Part shown: positions 14,030 through 25,586 of the stretch, one piece after another
Numbering within the stretch: the stretch's first letter is position 1
Layout: the number at the start of each line of letters is the position of its first letter
Assembly (NCBI GenBank): GCA_046563655.1
Contig: CM102286.1
Span: 12,214,001-12,278,000, forward strand
Direction: 5' to 3'
Origin: Yuukianura sp. NJ FZ-2021
Taxonomy: Eukaryota
DNA: 64,000 bases
The notes under the pieces: generated by a model
Database searches by the model: none
Seen by the model: the letters and a program-made list of their open reading frames with translations, nothing else
What the model was told of the DNA's origin: nothing
Position numbers and translations under genes: made by a program

Positions 14030-14280
14030 AGGTCAAACAAACGAGGTTACTAACTAACCGAAAATGTGATTCTCAAATTACATCATGCTATTAAAATAAT
14101 AGTTAGTAGATAGTAGTAGGCAATGTCACCATTGCATAACATTTTGAAACAAAATTACGGGTGAAAACTTTAATTTTTGTAAACATTTCGACGGAATTGA
14201 TGGAAATGTAAAAATGATCGCTACAATAAATCAACTTGAATTCTCAAAGAAGGAATTTTAAAACTTTGTTAAAACTTTAG

Positions 14281-14432
14281 AGCACTTTTTGAATTTCTAA
14301 GTTTTTCCAAAATGAGTGAATGAACCTAACAATTGTCGAAAATTTATTCAATTTGACAGACGCCGTTTGTCATAACAAAATACTTAAGACAGTTTTCAAA
14401 ATTCGCTGCACTACAACTTTTTAAAGCAACCT
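14281..14432 (+). repeat. Composite local repeat: 14281-14328 matches 16777-16820, and 14326-14432 matches 6760-6865
   Basis: AGCA.TTTTTGAATTTC.AAGTTTTTCCAAAATGA..TGAACCT occurs at 14281 and 16777. The adjoining segment matches 6760-6865. Confidence 0.7.
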
Positions 14433-14683
14433 TGATGCAGGAGTTAATTTCGTACAAATATTTCCGGCATTCACTGTTGCCATGGAGCCCTGTATACCTG
14501 TACTTTTGTTTTCGAATTGTTGTAACTTTGCTAATTAGCGATTATTTCTGCTAAGGTCTTACTTCTTTTTGTAAACTTTCGCAGCAAAGCATCATTGTTT
14601 AGGAGGTTTCAATCCAAAACTTTAGTCTTAAACTATTTACGCTTGTAATAAGTTTTTGTTTGTTTTTTAATTGTTGCGTTAAT

Positions 14684-16550
14684 ATGCCTACAAACGACCT
14701 TTTGGGAGACCTCATCCCAGGAAGCACAGGCTACATCTGTGTCATCTGCGAAAACCCATTGATTTTGGTAAGAGTTCGATGTTTTCACTGGATAGTACTT
14801 GATACTGGATTCAATTGGATTTGATGTAAATCATATTTACATCTATGTATTATTTGTTGCAGACATTGGAGGCTACATGCAAACACAAGTTCTGCTCCTA
14901 CTGCATCACGCTTTGGAAGAAGCATCATCCGCTCTGTCCAATCTGCTCCCATGAAATTCGTTCTTTGCGACAACGCCATGACATTGATGACTTGATTGAA
15001 CGCTTTTTCACTACTGCCGATGCCGGAATGAAACGTGAACGTCAAGAAGCGATCGCTAAGCGCGCCAAGAACAATGAATTCACCGGGACTCCCGCAAGTG
15101 GACAAGAAATGAACTCACTCATTGACCAACTCAAGCCTCCTGGAAGTGACTTGAAGGCGCCTTCTTCCATTGCTCCCAGAGCCAACACTGCGACGGGGTC
15201 GTCATCCGGATCTGACAAGAAGAAAGACATTTTGCGTCTCCTTCGAGACACGGCACGCTTTGAGGAACAATTGAACGTGGTGTACTCGAAAATTGTTGCT
15301 ACGGGTGAACGACTGACATCACGTGAAGATCAAGCAGTGGCTCGACTATGCGCTGGTCCTATCGAAACTGCGATTGAAGAATTGGTCAATTCTAAACCAA
15401 GTTTGGAGAAAAATACTTTGAGAACGGGGCGACCGCATACTTGCATGGATCCCGTCAGGAACTACACTTCAAGTATGACCTTTTCTTCATCTTAAGTTTA
15501 CTCTTTAAGTTTTAAGGTTATATTAATCATGGTTTCAATTTGTATGAATTTGTAGACCTCAATTTGCGTCAGCCAGGAACAGCTCTTGACATGGACGGTG
15601 GTATTTTTTCATCTTCTGGGCAGAAGCCTCCCAAGGAACAAGCAGACATTGACACGCTGATTGAGCTTACCGATGATGTGCTTCGGATTGACCATTTCCT
15701 CAAAACTTTCAATTTTGATACACTAACTGAAGGCGCTTCTTTGGAGTCAGATTGCTATTTCGATGGAGATGTTTCGGTTTTGAACGGAGAAAGCCAGTCA
15801 ACGACTACACTTCATCCCCTGGATGAATTGGACGAATCACCTTATATTGATGCAAATGTCAATTTCAAAATCCATCCCGAAGTACAGAAGTATTTGGACA
15901 AGTGCGCTTTGAAAATCAAACTACGTAACCCGATTGTCAAAAAATCAAGTGCTTCCAATAACCAAAGACCACAAACAGCCATCAATACAAGAAGTGAACG
16001 ATCCTCTGCCGGTGAGCATTGTCCTCCTGTGATCCAGACTCAGTCGTCAATCACCAACAAAAATAATTCTGCTTCAACTAATGTCATGACCAAAATTCTG
16101 GAATGCCGTCAATCCCTTTTGAATCTCAAAGAGAAAGCAGAACTCGAAGCTTTGCCTAAAATCACATTCAAACCAATCAATTCGTCTGGGGATCATCGAG
16201 ACAATGAGGAAAATCCGGTGTTCCAACCACTTCTGCCTGGCGAAGGTCGTGCAAATCCAGCGACACGACTTCCGGGTGATGCAAGTCACGGAGCAGCTCC
16301 GACAATCCTTCGTGGTTTACCGTCACACAACACCAGTACTGGACATATGGAAATGCAGTCGCTAGGGCGTTACCAGCGTAATGCAAATCCAACAAAACTG
16401 GGCACATTCTCCGTTTCATCGTTACCCTCAATCGTGTCGCGTCAAGGAGACAAGAAAATCGGAGTCGGCATCGCAACTCGGATTCGCCCTCAAACGACAA
16501 CGGAATGTAAGAAACGGAGTGGGGGATACGTATTGCCACGTCCGGGTTAA
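14684..16550 (+). CDS. C3HC4 RING-finger protein (RNF8-like RING at the N-terminus) with a long low-complexity C-terminus; 3 coding exons
   Basis: Spliced CVICENPLIL|TLEATCKHKFCSYCITLWKKHHPLCPIC, followed by a helical IDDLIERFF..MKRERQEAIAKR. Introns at ~14768-14862 and ~15474-15555. Stop at 16550. Confidence 0.8.
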
Positions 16551-17227
16551 ACTGTGATCAGTTACTGTAAATCAGCAGTACAAAAATATAAACGTCACTC
16601 TTACGTAACGCATGCTTCAAAATTTGTAGTAATTCCGCTTAACATAAAAGTCGTTGTAATAATAAAACCATAATAACCTGTACTGCCATTCAATAGAATC
16701 AAAGATATGTTTGAGGAAGTGCAATCCCGTCTAGTATACGAGTTGGTATGAAACGTGATTATGATGCTTGTGTTAAGCAGTTTTTGAATTTCAAAGTTTT
16801 TTCCAAAATGAATGAACCTTAAAACGATGAAAGTCCGGTGAAAGTTTTCATTAGAGTGAATTTTTTAAGAGAGACGCTAAAAACCAATAGGCGCCAATTT
16901 CAAACATTGTTTAACATTTCAGGTTCAAAATAATTTTTTTTGTTTCTTTCGAAACAAATTTGAGTCATCACAGCTGATTGATTGTCATTGGTGGTAACAT
17001 AGCTGAGTCAGTCCACTCCTCCACTCTGGTAAACTGATTCCGATTTGAGTTATTAATTAAAACTATTTAAGTTAATTACCTCTCTGAGCGCTTACCTGTC
17101 AAGTCAACTGCCAAGTTATCGGTAACGGAATGGAAACACTGAGGAACTGTACAACTTCAGAAAGACTATAACGTTTAGCGGATTTGTGGGTTGTACCACG
17201 TTTGTAAAGAAAAAGTAACTGGTAACA

Positions 17228-18243
17228 ATGGCTATTTCAAACGTACTGCTTTTAAGCCAACTAACTGCTAACATAGTGGTTTGCATACTGTCACTATGTG
17301 TACTGATACCAATGGTCATGAACAATATAGATTTTAGGTAAGAAAAAAAGAAAATACTAAAGTTGTTAGAAAAATTGCAAATGGGAAACATGAACCAATA
17401 TTAACTTAAGTGTCTTTTGTTTTAGGGGTCACTGTTTACTATTTTCCACTGGAATTTGGAAAGAAGAGGATGGACAGTTTGAAGTTTCGTGGGCGTCCCA
17501 GGGGTTGTGTAATTACATCATCTTCGTCAGTGTCGCCTTGCTCATGGCTTCCCTTATTCAGATTTATAGACTTTCGATGCTTCTTTACCGAGGCCAGGAT
17601 AGGCAAGTTTCTCTGATTTAAGTAGATTTTGTGTGTAGATTTTTGATGTCCTCATTGTAATATTTAATGTGATTTTTAGCACGTTTTTAGAAGCCTTCCT
17701 GGACGCAGTTGTAAGTTTCATCCTTTGTATTATCTCCATAGCGGCTTCCTTGATCGTAACGCTAGGATTTGCCAAATGGTGCGGATCTATAACCAATCGA
17801 TTTGAAGCGTAAGAAAGCATCTTACTATTAACCTAAAAAAACGTACGTGTAAGTTGATACTATCAACTTTACTATTATTTTAAATCAGGTGCGAAGATGC
17901 CACTGACAACGATATTGATGTGAAAGATAAAATTGAGACGGCCGGTTTCTACATGCAAATGGGGACAGCACAATTTGGGATTTGGGCAGCCTGGGCATGC
18001 TGCGTCGGCGCGTCTGTTTTCGCAATTCTAAAACTGCTGCGGTATCATCAGCAAGAGAATATGAGACTTAGTATGGCTAAGGCCAGAGAACGTTTGCTAC
18101 AAAAAGCTTTATCTGAAACTGGAGATGCATATTCTTCAAGGTCAACTCCAGTTATACCCGAACCACCAGGGCATTCCCGGACTGCCGTTGCCAGTACTAC
18201 GACTGCTACAACAACGGAGGTGCTTGTAGCTCATAGCATATAA
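17228..18243 (+). CDS. TMEM179: Transmembrane protein 179 homolog
   Basis: MAISNVLLLSQ..DF|RGHCLLFSTGIW..WASQGLCNY..GFAKWC..CED..FYMQMGTAQFGIWAAW..YHQQEN. Four TM segments and 4 exons. Confidence 0.88.
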
Positions 18244-18431
18244 AACAGCAGTCAACGGGTCGTTTGCTTTTGATAGCCCGAGCCCCGTACCCAAATCAAA
18301 CTATCAAAATATACGCAGCATAATTTATTGGAATTTTAGGGTCGCGGTGTATGAAGTCGCCACTTCACTAGTATTTACAGCATTTTCTGAAATCGCGCAT
18401 GCTCTACAATTTGCTTCCATGACTTTATAAT

Positions 18432-18730
18432 AGGCAGGGTAAGCATGTTTTTGAATCTGAAATCTAGGTACATTGAAAACCAGAAATTGTAATGTAGAGG
18501 AGTGAGGGTAAGCAAAATTTTCTTAAATGTAGGAGTAAATTTGAATCTAGAGGTTTGCCGCGCGAGAGTTTCTCACTTCTCTTTTGCAAAACTCCGAACT
18601 CTAGATTCAGATTCAAAAACCGAGACGAGTTTTAGGAAAAGGAGAATTGCAATGTAGATTTGAACTCCCGCCCGCTCTACATCACAAAATCGCTCTCTAG
18701 ATTTCAGATTGCAAAATGCTTACCCTGCCT
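18432..18730. mobile_element. MITE (~299 bp) with ~36-bp imperfect TIRs; TSD is AAT, or TA if the ends are 18433/18729
   Basis: Left end AGGCAGGGTAAGCATGTTTTTGAATCTGAAATCTAG. The right end reverse-complements to AGGCAGGGTAAGCATTTTGCAATCTGAAATCTAG. AAT flanks at 18429-18431 and 18731-18733. No ORF. Confidence 0.85.
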
Positions 18731-19883
18731 AATGTTCGAAATAAACTAATTTCTTACTACTACCTAAGGGTACTAAGGAATTCTAAGCAGAATTCTATTT
18801 GCTCTAATTTATTGGCGCCTAGCATTCCATTTTCTCCACTTCCCAATTCACACGAACCGAAAATTTTACAGGGCCGTAAACGCTTGGTCATTCTTGAATT
18901 TGGGTATTGGTTGTAGCTTACTATGGCATATCATATGTTGTTCAATAATAGTATTTTAATGGTTGTCTCGTATTATTACAATTTGATAATTATAATTTAT
19001 TGGTCAAGTTTCTGGCTGTGTTGAAAACTCACCGTGTTCAAGTAAATATTTGGTTTACGAGTTACGGCCCTGAAATAATTTTTAAACTTCACACAAACAC
19101 ACGTCACACAGTCTACAAAAACGGTACAAAAAATCAGTCAGCCAGCATCAGCCAAGGAGCTAAAAGTAAAAGTTCGTGTACCCAGGAATCGGGAAGTCAT
19201 CTGTCCATATTTTATCTGGGACATCCAGTTTTGTTTCCCACAAAACAACCGAACCGACGAACCGAGTAATCGAGAGTTTATTAATCGGAGTCGAAACAGG
19301 ATAGTATGGAATACTAGGTCGACAACTGGAGAAGAGGACACTCGGACACATCATCATCTCGATCATCTGTGGTCGTACTCGTAGTCGGTGGTTTTTGTAT
19401 CGCTTCCATTGTAAACTAAAACACGAACGTCACTTACTAATTGCCGAAACGTACTGAGGTACTAACCACTGAAACTTAGCAAACGAAAGTATTCATACGT
19501 CAAGGTCAGGTTGTCCTTGTCTACTGTGGTTCCACTTGTCCTGGTAAGTCAAGTCCTATTTCAGAATTTTTAAGGTCGGTGATGCGAAGATGATGCGATG
19601 ATAACCTGATATGGCTTCTTGTAATTGAATGTACTATCTTTTGTCTTTTGTGCAGCACATGGACAAGATCATCGTTCGCTACGACGTTAAAACTTTTGTA
19701 CGGTAGTCAACATTTGTATTAGCGCAGAGAGTAATCTGGTAAGTGCTAGTATTCATTTGTAGTACGTTTCTGTATCTGTACACATGACGATAAAAGAATC
19801 GGAATTCTTTAGCTTTAGAACTCACTCACTACATCCGAGGCGTAGTACAATAACTGCAACTTAATTTCAAACTTATAGAAACA

Positions 19884-22252
19884 ATGCCAGCAAGGACTGG
19901 AGCCGTAAATCAAATGTGGTGGGCGAGATGGAGTCTTTGGAGCATCACTAGCGCAATCCTGACATCCCTAGTCATTGGCAATGCCCTTTATCAAAAGAAG
20001 CAGTTTTATCCAACAGTTGTTTATATTACAAAATCCAAACCTAGTATGGCGGTAAGCTATCTACTTCTTTCAATCAACGTTTGAACACCTTTAACAAAAG
20101 CCTAACATTGTTCTGCTCTTGACTTCTAGGTAATGTACGCTCAAGGTCTCCTATTTGTGGTTATGATGGGCAAATTATTTCGGAAATTATTTTTTGGACA
20201 GTTGCGAGCTGCGGAATTTGAGGTAAGTTAAGTTAGGTCGTAACTGACTAACCAACCTTAACATACTGACGATGATGATGAGATCATATTGGTCTTTGCA
20301 GCATTTGGTGGAACGATCGTGGTACGCTGTGACAGAAACTTGTCTGGCATTCACTGTGTTTCGGGATGACTTCAGTCCAAAATTCCTAGCTTTATTTACG
20401 CTTCTCCTGTTTCTCAAATCCTTCCATTGGTTAGCAGAAGAAAGAGTTGACTATGTAAGCACTATTTAAATCAATCTTTACCTTAAGACTTAACCGTTCT
20501 ACTAATCATTAACTTTTCAGATGGAAAGGAGTCCTGTGATTACGTGGGTATTTCATATCCGTGTCTTGAGTAAGTTACGATTGTCGTCACTGATCTGTAT
20601 AATAATTAAGTATTTCATTTCGTAGTACGAAGCAGTGAAATATGATTTTCAATTTTTCCAGGTTTACTCACACTGTTGATTGGATTGGATATTTATTTTG
20701 TCAATGTGGCCTACCAGTCGACCATTACTAAAGGCGCTTCTGTTCAGCTGGTTTTTGGCTTCGAGTATGCAATTTTGACAACCATTGTATTCAACATATT
20801 GGCGAAGTATGTCTTCCACGTCATCGACATGCAGAATGAAGCTCCATGGGAAAACAAAGCGATTTACGTCCTTCATACGGACGTTATTATTGGTAAGCAG
20901 AAGGCCAGAGGCCTCTTTACATTTATTAACTCCAAAAAGTCAAAAATGTAGTTGAAAATGTATTTTTTGTTTGATTCCAGGGCTACTGAAAGTCTGTCTC
21001 TACGTTTGTTTTGTGATTATCATGGTTCGCATCTACACTTTGCCACTCTTTGCCCTCAGACCAACATACCTTGCCATAAGGTCAGAATTTGTCATTTCTC
21101 ATTCAAGGTTTTCGAAACTAAAATGTAATTTGTGATCTCCCATTGCTCAGGGCGTTCAAGAAAGCGTTGGTTGACATTATCATGTCCAGACGGGCAATTA
21201 ACAACATGAACAATCTGTATCCGGATGTATCACCAGAAGAACTCACTGCAGCAGCTGACAATGTTTGTATCATCTGCCGGGAAGAAATGACTGGAGGAGC
21301 AAAGAAGTTGCCTTGCAACCACATATTCCATACCTCATGCCTCCGATCTTGGTTTCAAAGGCAGCAAACATGTCCAACTTGTCGACTAAATGTTTTGCGT
21401 ACTCCAGCTCCGCCACCGCCTCGCAACATGGGCGCGTTCAACTTGAATAACTTGAATCAAGGTGGCGTTAATCAGGCTGGTGTCCGAGCTGCCTTTTTCC
21501 GGGGACAGCCATTTATGCAAATGTGGGATGGAGTTCCACCATGGGCGCAGCAAGGAAATCTTCAACAACAAGGTAATTTTGAGACTAAAAAAATACGTTA
21601 TTCATATTCTGTCTTAACCCTATACAGTATTTGGTGTTATTAACAATTTTCACTTGTCAGCTGGAAACGGTGACGCGCCTGGAGGTGCGGGTGCTGGAAT
21701 TCCAAATGGCCAAGTTGGTGCAATGGATCCTGGGGCAGCTCAGGGCATTCCGCAAGGACCAATCCCTGGCCCGTCAACGGCGCAGGCTCAGATGCCGCAA
21801 CAATATCCGTACGGACCTTTCCCACCTTTTGGATATACACAACAACAGACTACTGGAACTGCTGGAGCTAGCACGTCAAACTATCCGTTCAATATTCCTC
21901 CCATGCCTTTCATTCCCCTTGGTAAGCATTAACCTCCGACGTGCAAATCCAACCAATTTTCAAAAATATCTTCGAAATGAAAGTGTGATTTTGATTTTCA
22001 GTTCCACCGCCGCCTCCTCTTGTAAATGTAACTGGTTTGACTGATGAAGAATTGGTGAGACTTGAAGGAACGAGTAGAGCCCATCTTGAGGCCAGAATCC
22101 AAGCACTCCGTAACATTCAGATTCTGCTTGACTCTGCTGTCGTTCAGATGCAACAATATTCTGGAGTGGTGGCCAGAGATCCCCCGCCACCTCCACCCAC
22201 CCCATCCACGTCGTCATCCAGTTCAGCCACCCAACCTAATCCTAATAACTGA
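19884..22252 (+). CDS. SYVN1: E3 ubiquitin ligase HRD1/synoviolin (sip3)
   Basis: QKKQFYPTVVYITKS, LRAAE|HLVERSWYAVTETCLAFTVFRDDF, RING-H2 CIICREEM..KKLPCNHIFHTSCLRSWFQRQQTCPTCR, and C-terminal EGTSRAHLEARIQALRNIQILLD. Confidence 0.97.
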
Positions 22253-22545
22253 TGAAACAGACACCAAAGTTATAAGAGATATTAAAAGCCCGCACTCGTA
22301 AGTTGTTATAATTTTTAATCTAAGGTTAATCAACATCAGATGTTAAGTTATGAGGAATGCAAAACGCGGTCGACTGGGGTAATCTGGGATTAGGGCCAAA
22401 GTCAGAGTCACTCAAACAGACAATTCTTTATCTGGATTTGAATTTATTAATGTTATGAATTTAAAAAAGAAAGTAAACGGTATATATATGTACTTGTCAT
22501 ATTTAATGGTTCGGACGAGTTGATCTTTGGACATTGTCGTCACAG

Positions 22546-24195
22546 TCACTTCAATCCCCGGTTGATTTCTGCTAAAAATTTCTGGCATTTGCCTCGCAGG
22601 ATCTTAGCGGATTCTAGAAATATTTCGTCAGGTCGCATGGCTCCGATTGATTCAACTGTAACTGAAAGATCAAAATATGGAAATTAGTGGTTAAAAACGT
22701 TCAGGAAAAAAACTGTACTGGCAGTATAGAATACTTACATATGAAGTGGTCTTTGACACGAGCCAGCACTACACTGTCCGCCAAGTCTTCATAACGAAGT
22801 ACGTTCCTGCTGCAGGAGTCGTATCTAGCGTTGTTTACTGCAGCTATGGTTTTACCTGAAATAGAATCCATCGTTCAGCAAAATTTTGATGGCAGTGTAA
22901 TCTCGTTTCTAACCTTTGACCTCTACGAGTTTGATGGTGCCTGGGGAGAAGCATTTTTGGAATCTTTCAGCCCGTTCTCCCTCGATTGTCTCTTTCAGTT
23001 CAATTGTAGGAAGCAGTCGATAGTATGCAGTTCCTAAAATCCAACGTTTTGTTTTAAAATGGTAGTACAATTTTGATGATGTGAAGGTATGACTTACCAA
23101 CTGGAGAGAACTTAGCATGATCTTTTCCAATTCCCTTCATGACATGCAACCGCATATCCAGTTCGTGGCCTGGTCGAAGTTTAACAAGCAAAATGTCCTC
23201 ATGAACAGGAGCCACGTCTGAGGGCTTGAAGAGCTCGCTCTGTGATCCCATGGGAATCCATTTGAGATGACTGGAATAGACTTCACAGAAAAGAAACATG
23301 GAATATCAAATCTTTTGATACGTACCAAAGTATTTGGATTTGACAGCATGTCGTATACTAACCTTTGTGGTTGATGTACATTTCATCATGGTCAGTAGAA
23401 TTCGGAGCTCTCTTGGGGTTCCAGGAACATTTTATCTTGAGCTCGAATTCCAGCGTATCATGTTCTGATGCAATCGTGTCTCCTAAATTACAAAATGGTT
23501 TTAGTGAAGTGATTAAAGTTTCTTGTAGATTTAAGTGTAATTTAATTTTACCGAAAACAAAAACTCATACCTGGCGCCCGATAGTCAAATAACTTTGGAT
23601 TAGCCTTGAATGGAACAAGTCCAAGACGATGAGCCAGCACTTCGTCTTGTACGATTGACGTGTTGTTATACAGAAACACCTTTTCGATTGCCATGCTGGG
23701 TACCTGGTAAAAATCATAAATCAAAGATAAGTTTACTATACTTCCTATGATTGTTACATGACAAATTAAATCAAATGACAAATGAAATGACAAACATCTC
23801 TTACCTCAGCTAACATAATTCTTCTAAAGGCATTTGGGATAGAAGGATCCACCCCAATCATGTCGAACTCCATCTCCGTCTCATTGTGATGAATTACTTC
23901 AATCTTCAGTTGCTTTATAAACAAAAAGGTATTTAAAATGAAAAAATTATTAATTCACCGTGAAGTATTAGCAATACTAGCATTACCTTCCGAAATTTTT
24001 CAACATCCCATGAATCGTCGAACCCTGAATAAGCTCCTTGTTGTAGACCATAACCGGACTAAAGAAATTGATGCCGAATTAGTTTATATCTGGACTCTTA
24101 TCTAATTGAACAAATTTAGGTATGCTTACCTCAACTACGGTATGTTCCTTCATAAAAAGATGTTTCCTGCCGGCCAAATAATTTTCACCGGACAT
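22546..24195 (-). CDS. POLR1C: RNA polymerases I and III subunit RPAC1 (AC40)
   Basis: [79 protein letters not shown] and [14 protein letters not shown]. Confidence 0.97.
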
Positions 24196-24624
24196 ACTTG
24201 TTTAGTTGACCTGGATTGGATCGAGCAGTAACCACTACGACGACACTATTCCAATGATTCCAATCAACTAATTAATAGTCAATTAGTAATTCACGAATCC
24301 CTAGTGAATTGTTTACTTTTTCGAAATAACACGTGCGTTTAGGTTGTTGTAAAATTCATAAATCATCTGCTGCGCCGCCGTCAGAATGAATGAGGTTGGA
24401 AGAGACAAGACTTTTAACTGGGCGTATTTCTGGGTTCTTTTTCAGAATTCAAAATCAAAGGAAAATTCAATTCTATCTGACATTTCTGATTAAATTTGAC
24501 ATTTGCTTTTTTGGCAGAACGTTTAGCAGGAACCCATCAACTGTGAATACTGGCTAAAAGGTATAGCGGAGAAGCATTAGTTGACGAGGACGTCCGAGAA
24601 ATTGACAGGTCACATAGCTAAACA

Positions 24625-25408
24625 ATGGTGAGACTACCGGATTTCCGGCGGAAATGTACTAAAATGTAAACATTTTGTATATAAAAACTCTACTACATTT
24701 CTTGTTTCTGCATTTTGTTTTAGATACGGTTCATTCTTATCCAAAACCGGGCAGGGAAGACTCGTTTAGCGAAGTGGTACATGAACTTTGATGACGATGA
24801 GAAGCAAAAACTAATCGAAGAAGTTCATGCCGTTGTTACAGTCCGAGATGCGAAACATACAAATTTTGTTGAGGTAAACGATTGATTACTCAATTGATGT
24901 TCCGGACAAGATTGATTGAAGTTCCAATTCTGCTAACTCATGTTTCTTTAAAATTGCAGTTCCGAAACTTCAAAATCGTTTACCGTAGATACGCTGGCCT
25001 TTACTTTTGCATTTGTGTGGACGTAAACGACAACAATCTCTGTTACTTGGAAGCCATTCACAATTTCGTTGAAGTGCTCAACGAGTACTTCAGAAATGTC
25101 TGCGAACTAGATCTGGTCTTTAACTTTTACAAGGTACTTTCTAAAATTCAATCTTATCGATGATATTTTTCTACAAGTGGAGTTTATTGAAACATAGGTT
25201 AGACGTATAAAAAGTACAGTGGCAAGTGGAAAGTGTCGAGTACTAAAGAACAAGATATTGGGAGAGCATTTCAGGAAATTCAAACTAAATCCTTGATATT
25301 TTACAGGTATACACAGTCGTTGACGAAATGTTTCTAGCAGGAGAACTTCGGGAAACCAGTCAAACGAAAGTACTCAAACAATTACTCATGTTAAGTTCCT
25401 TGGAATGA
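24625..25408 (+). CDS. AP2S1: AP-2 complex subunit sigma
   Basis: ATG-only first coding exon, then [73 protein letters not shown]. Confidence 0.98.
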
Positions 25409-25586
25409 ACAACCGTGTGACATCGTGTGGGCAGCAGCTAACTGACAAGCTCATATTCAATGAACACATACCAAATATTTACATTGACATTATCTCTACT
25501 TTAAGATCTAATTATGAACAAGTGTAATTTCACTATCCATCAAGAATCGTAATTCACGATATCATGATAACGTTAGTTATGTAAAC

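Noticed and set aside
18863..19227. Short inverted repeat CAGGGCCGTAA/TTACGGCCCTG and a TGGGACATCCAG end suggesting a Tc1-type remnant
   Set aside because: It is too short and degraded, with no paired termini or TSD.
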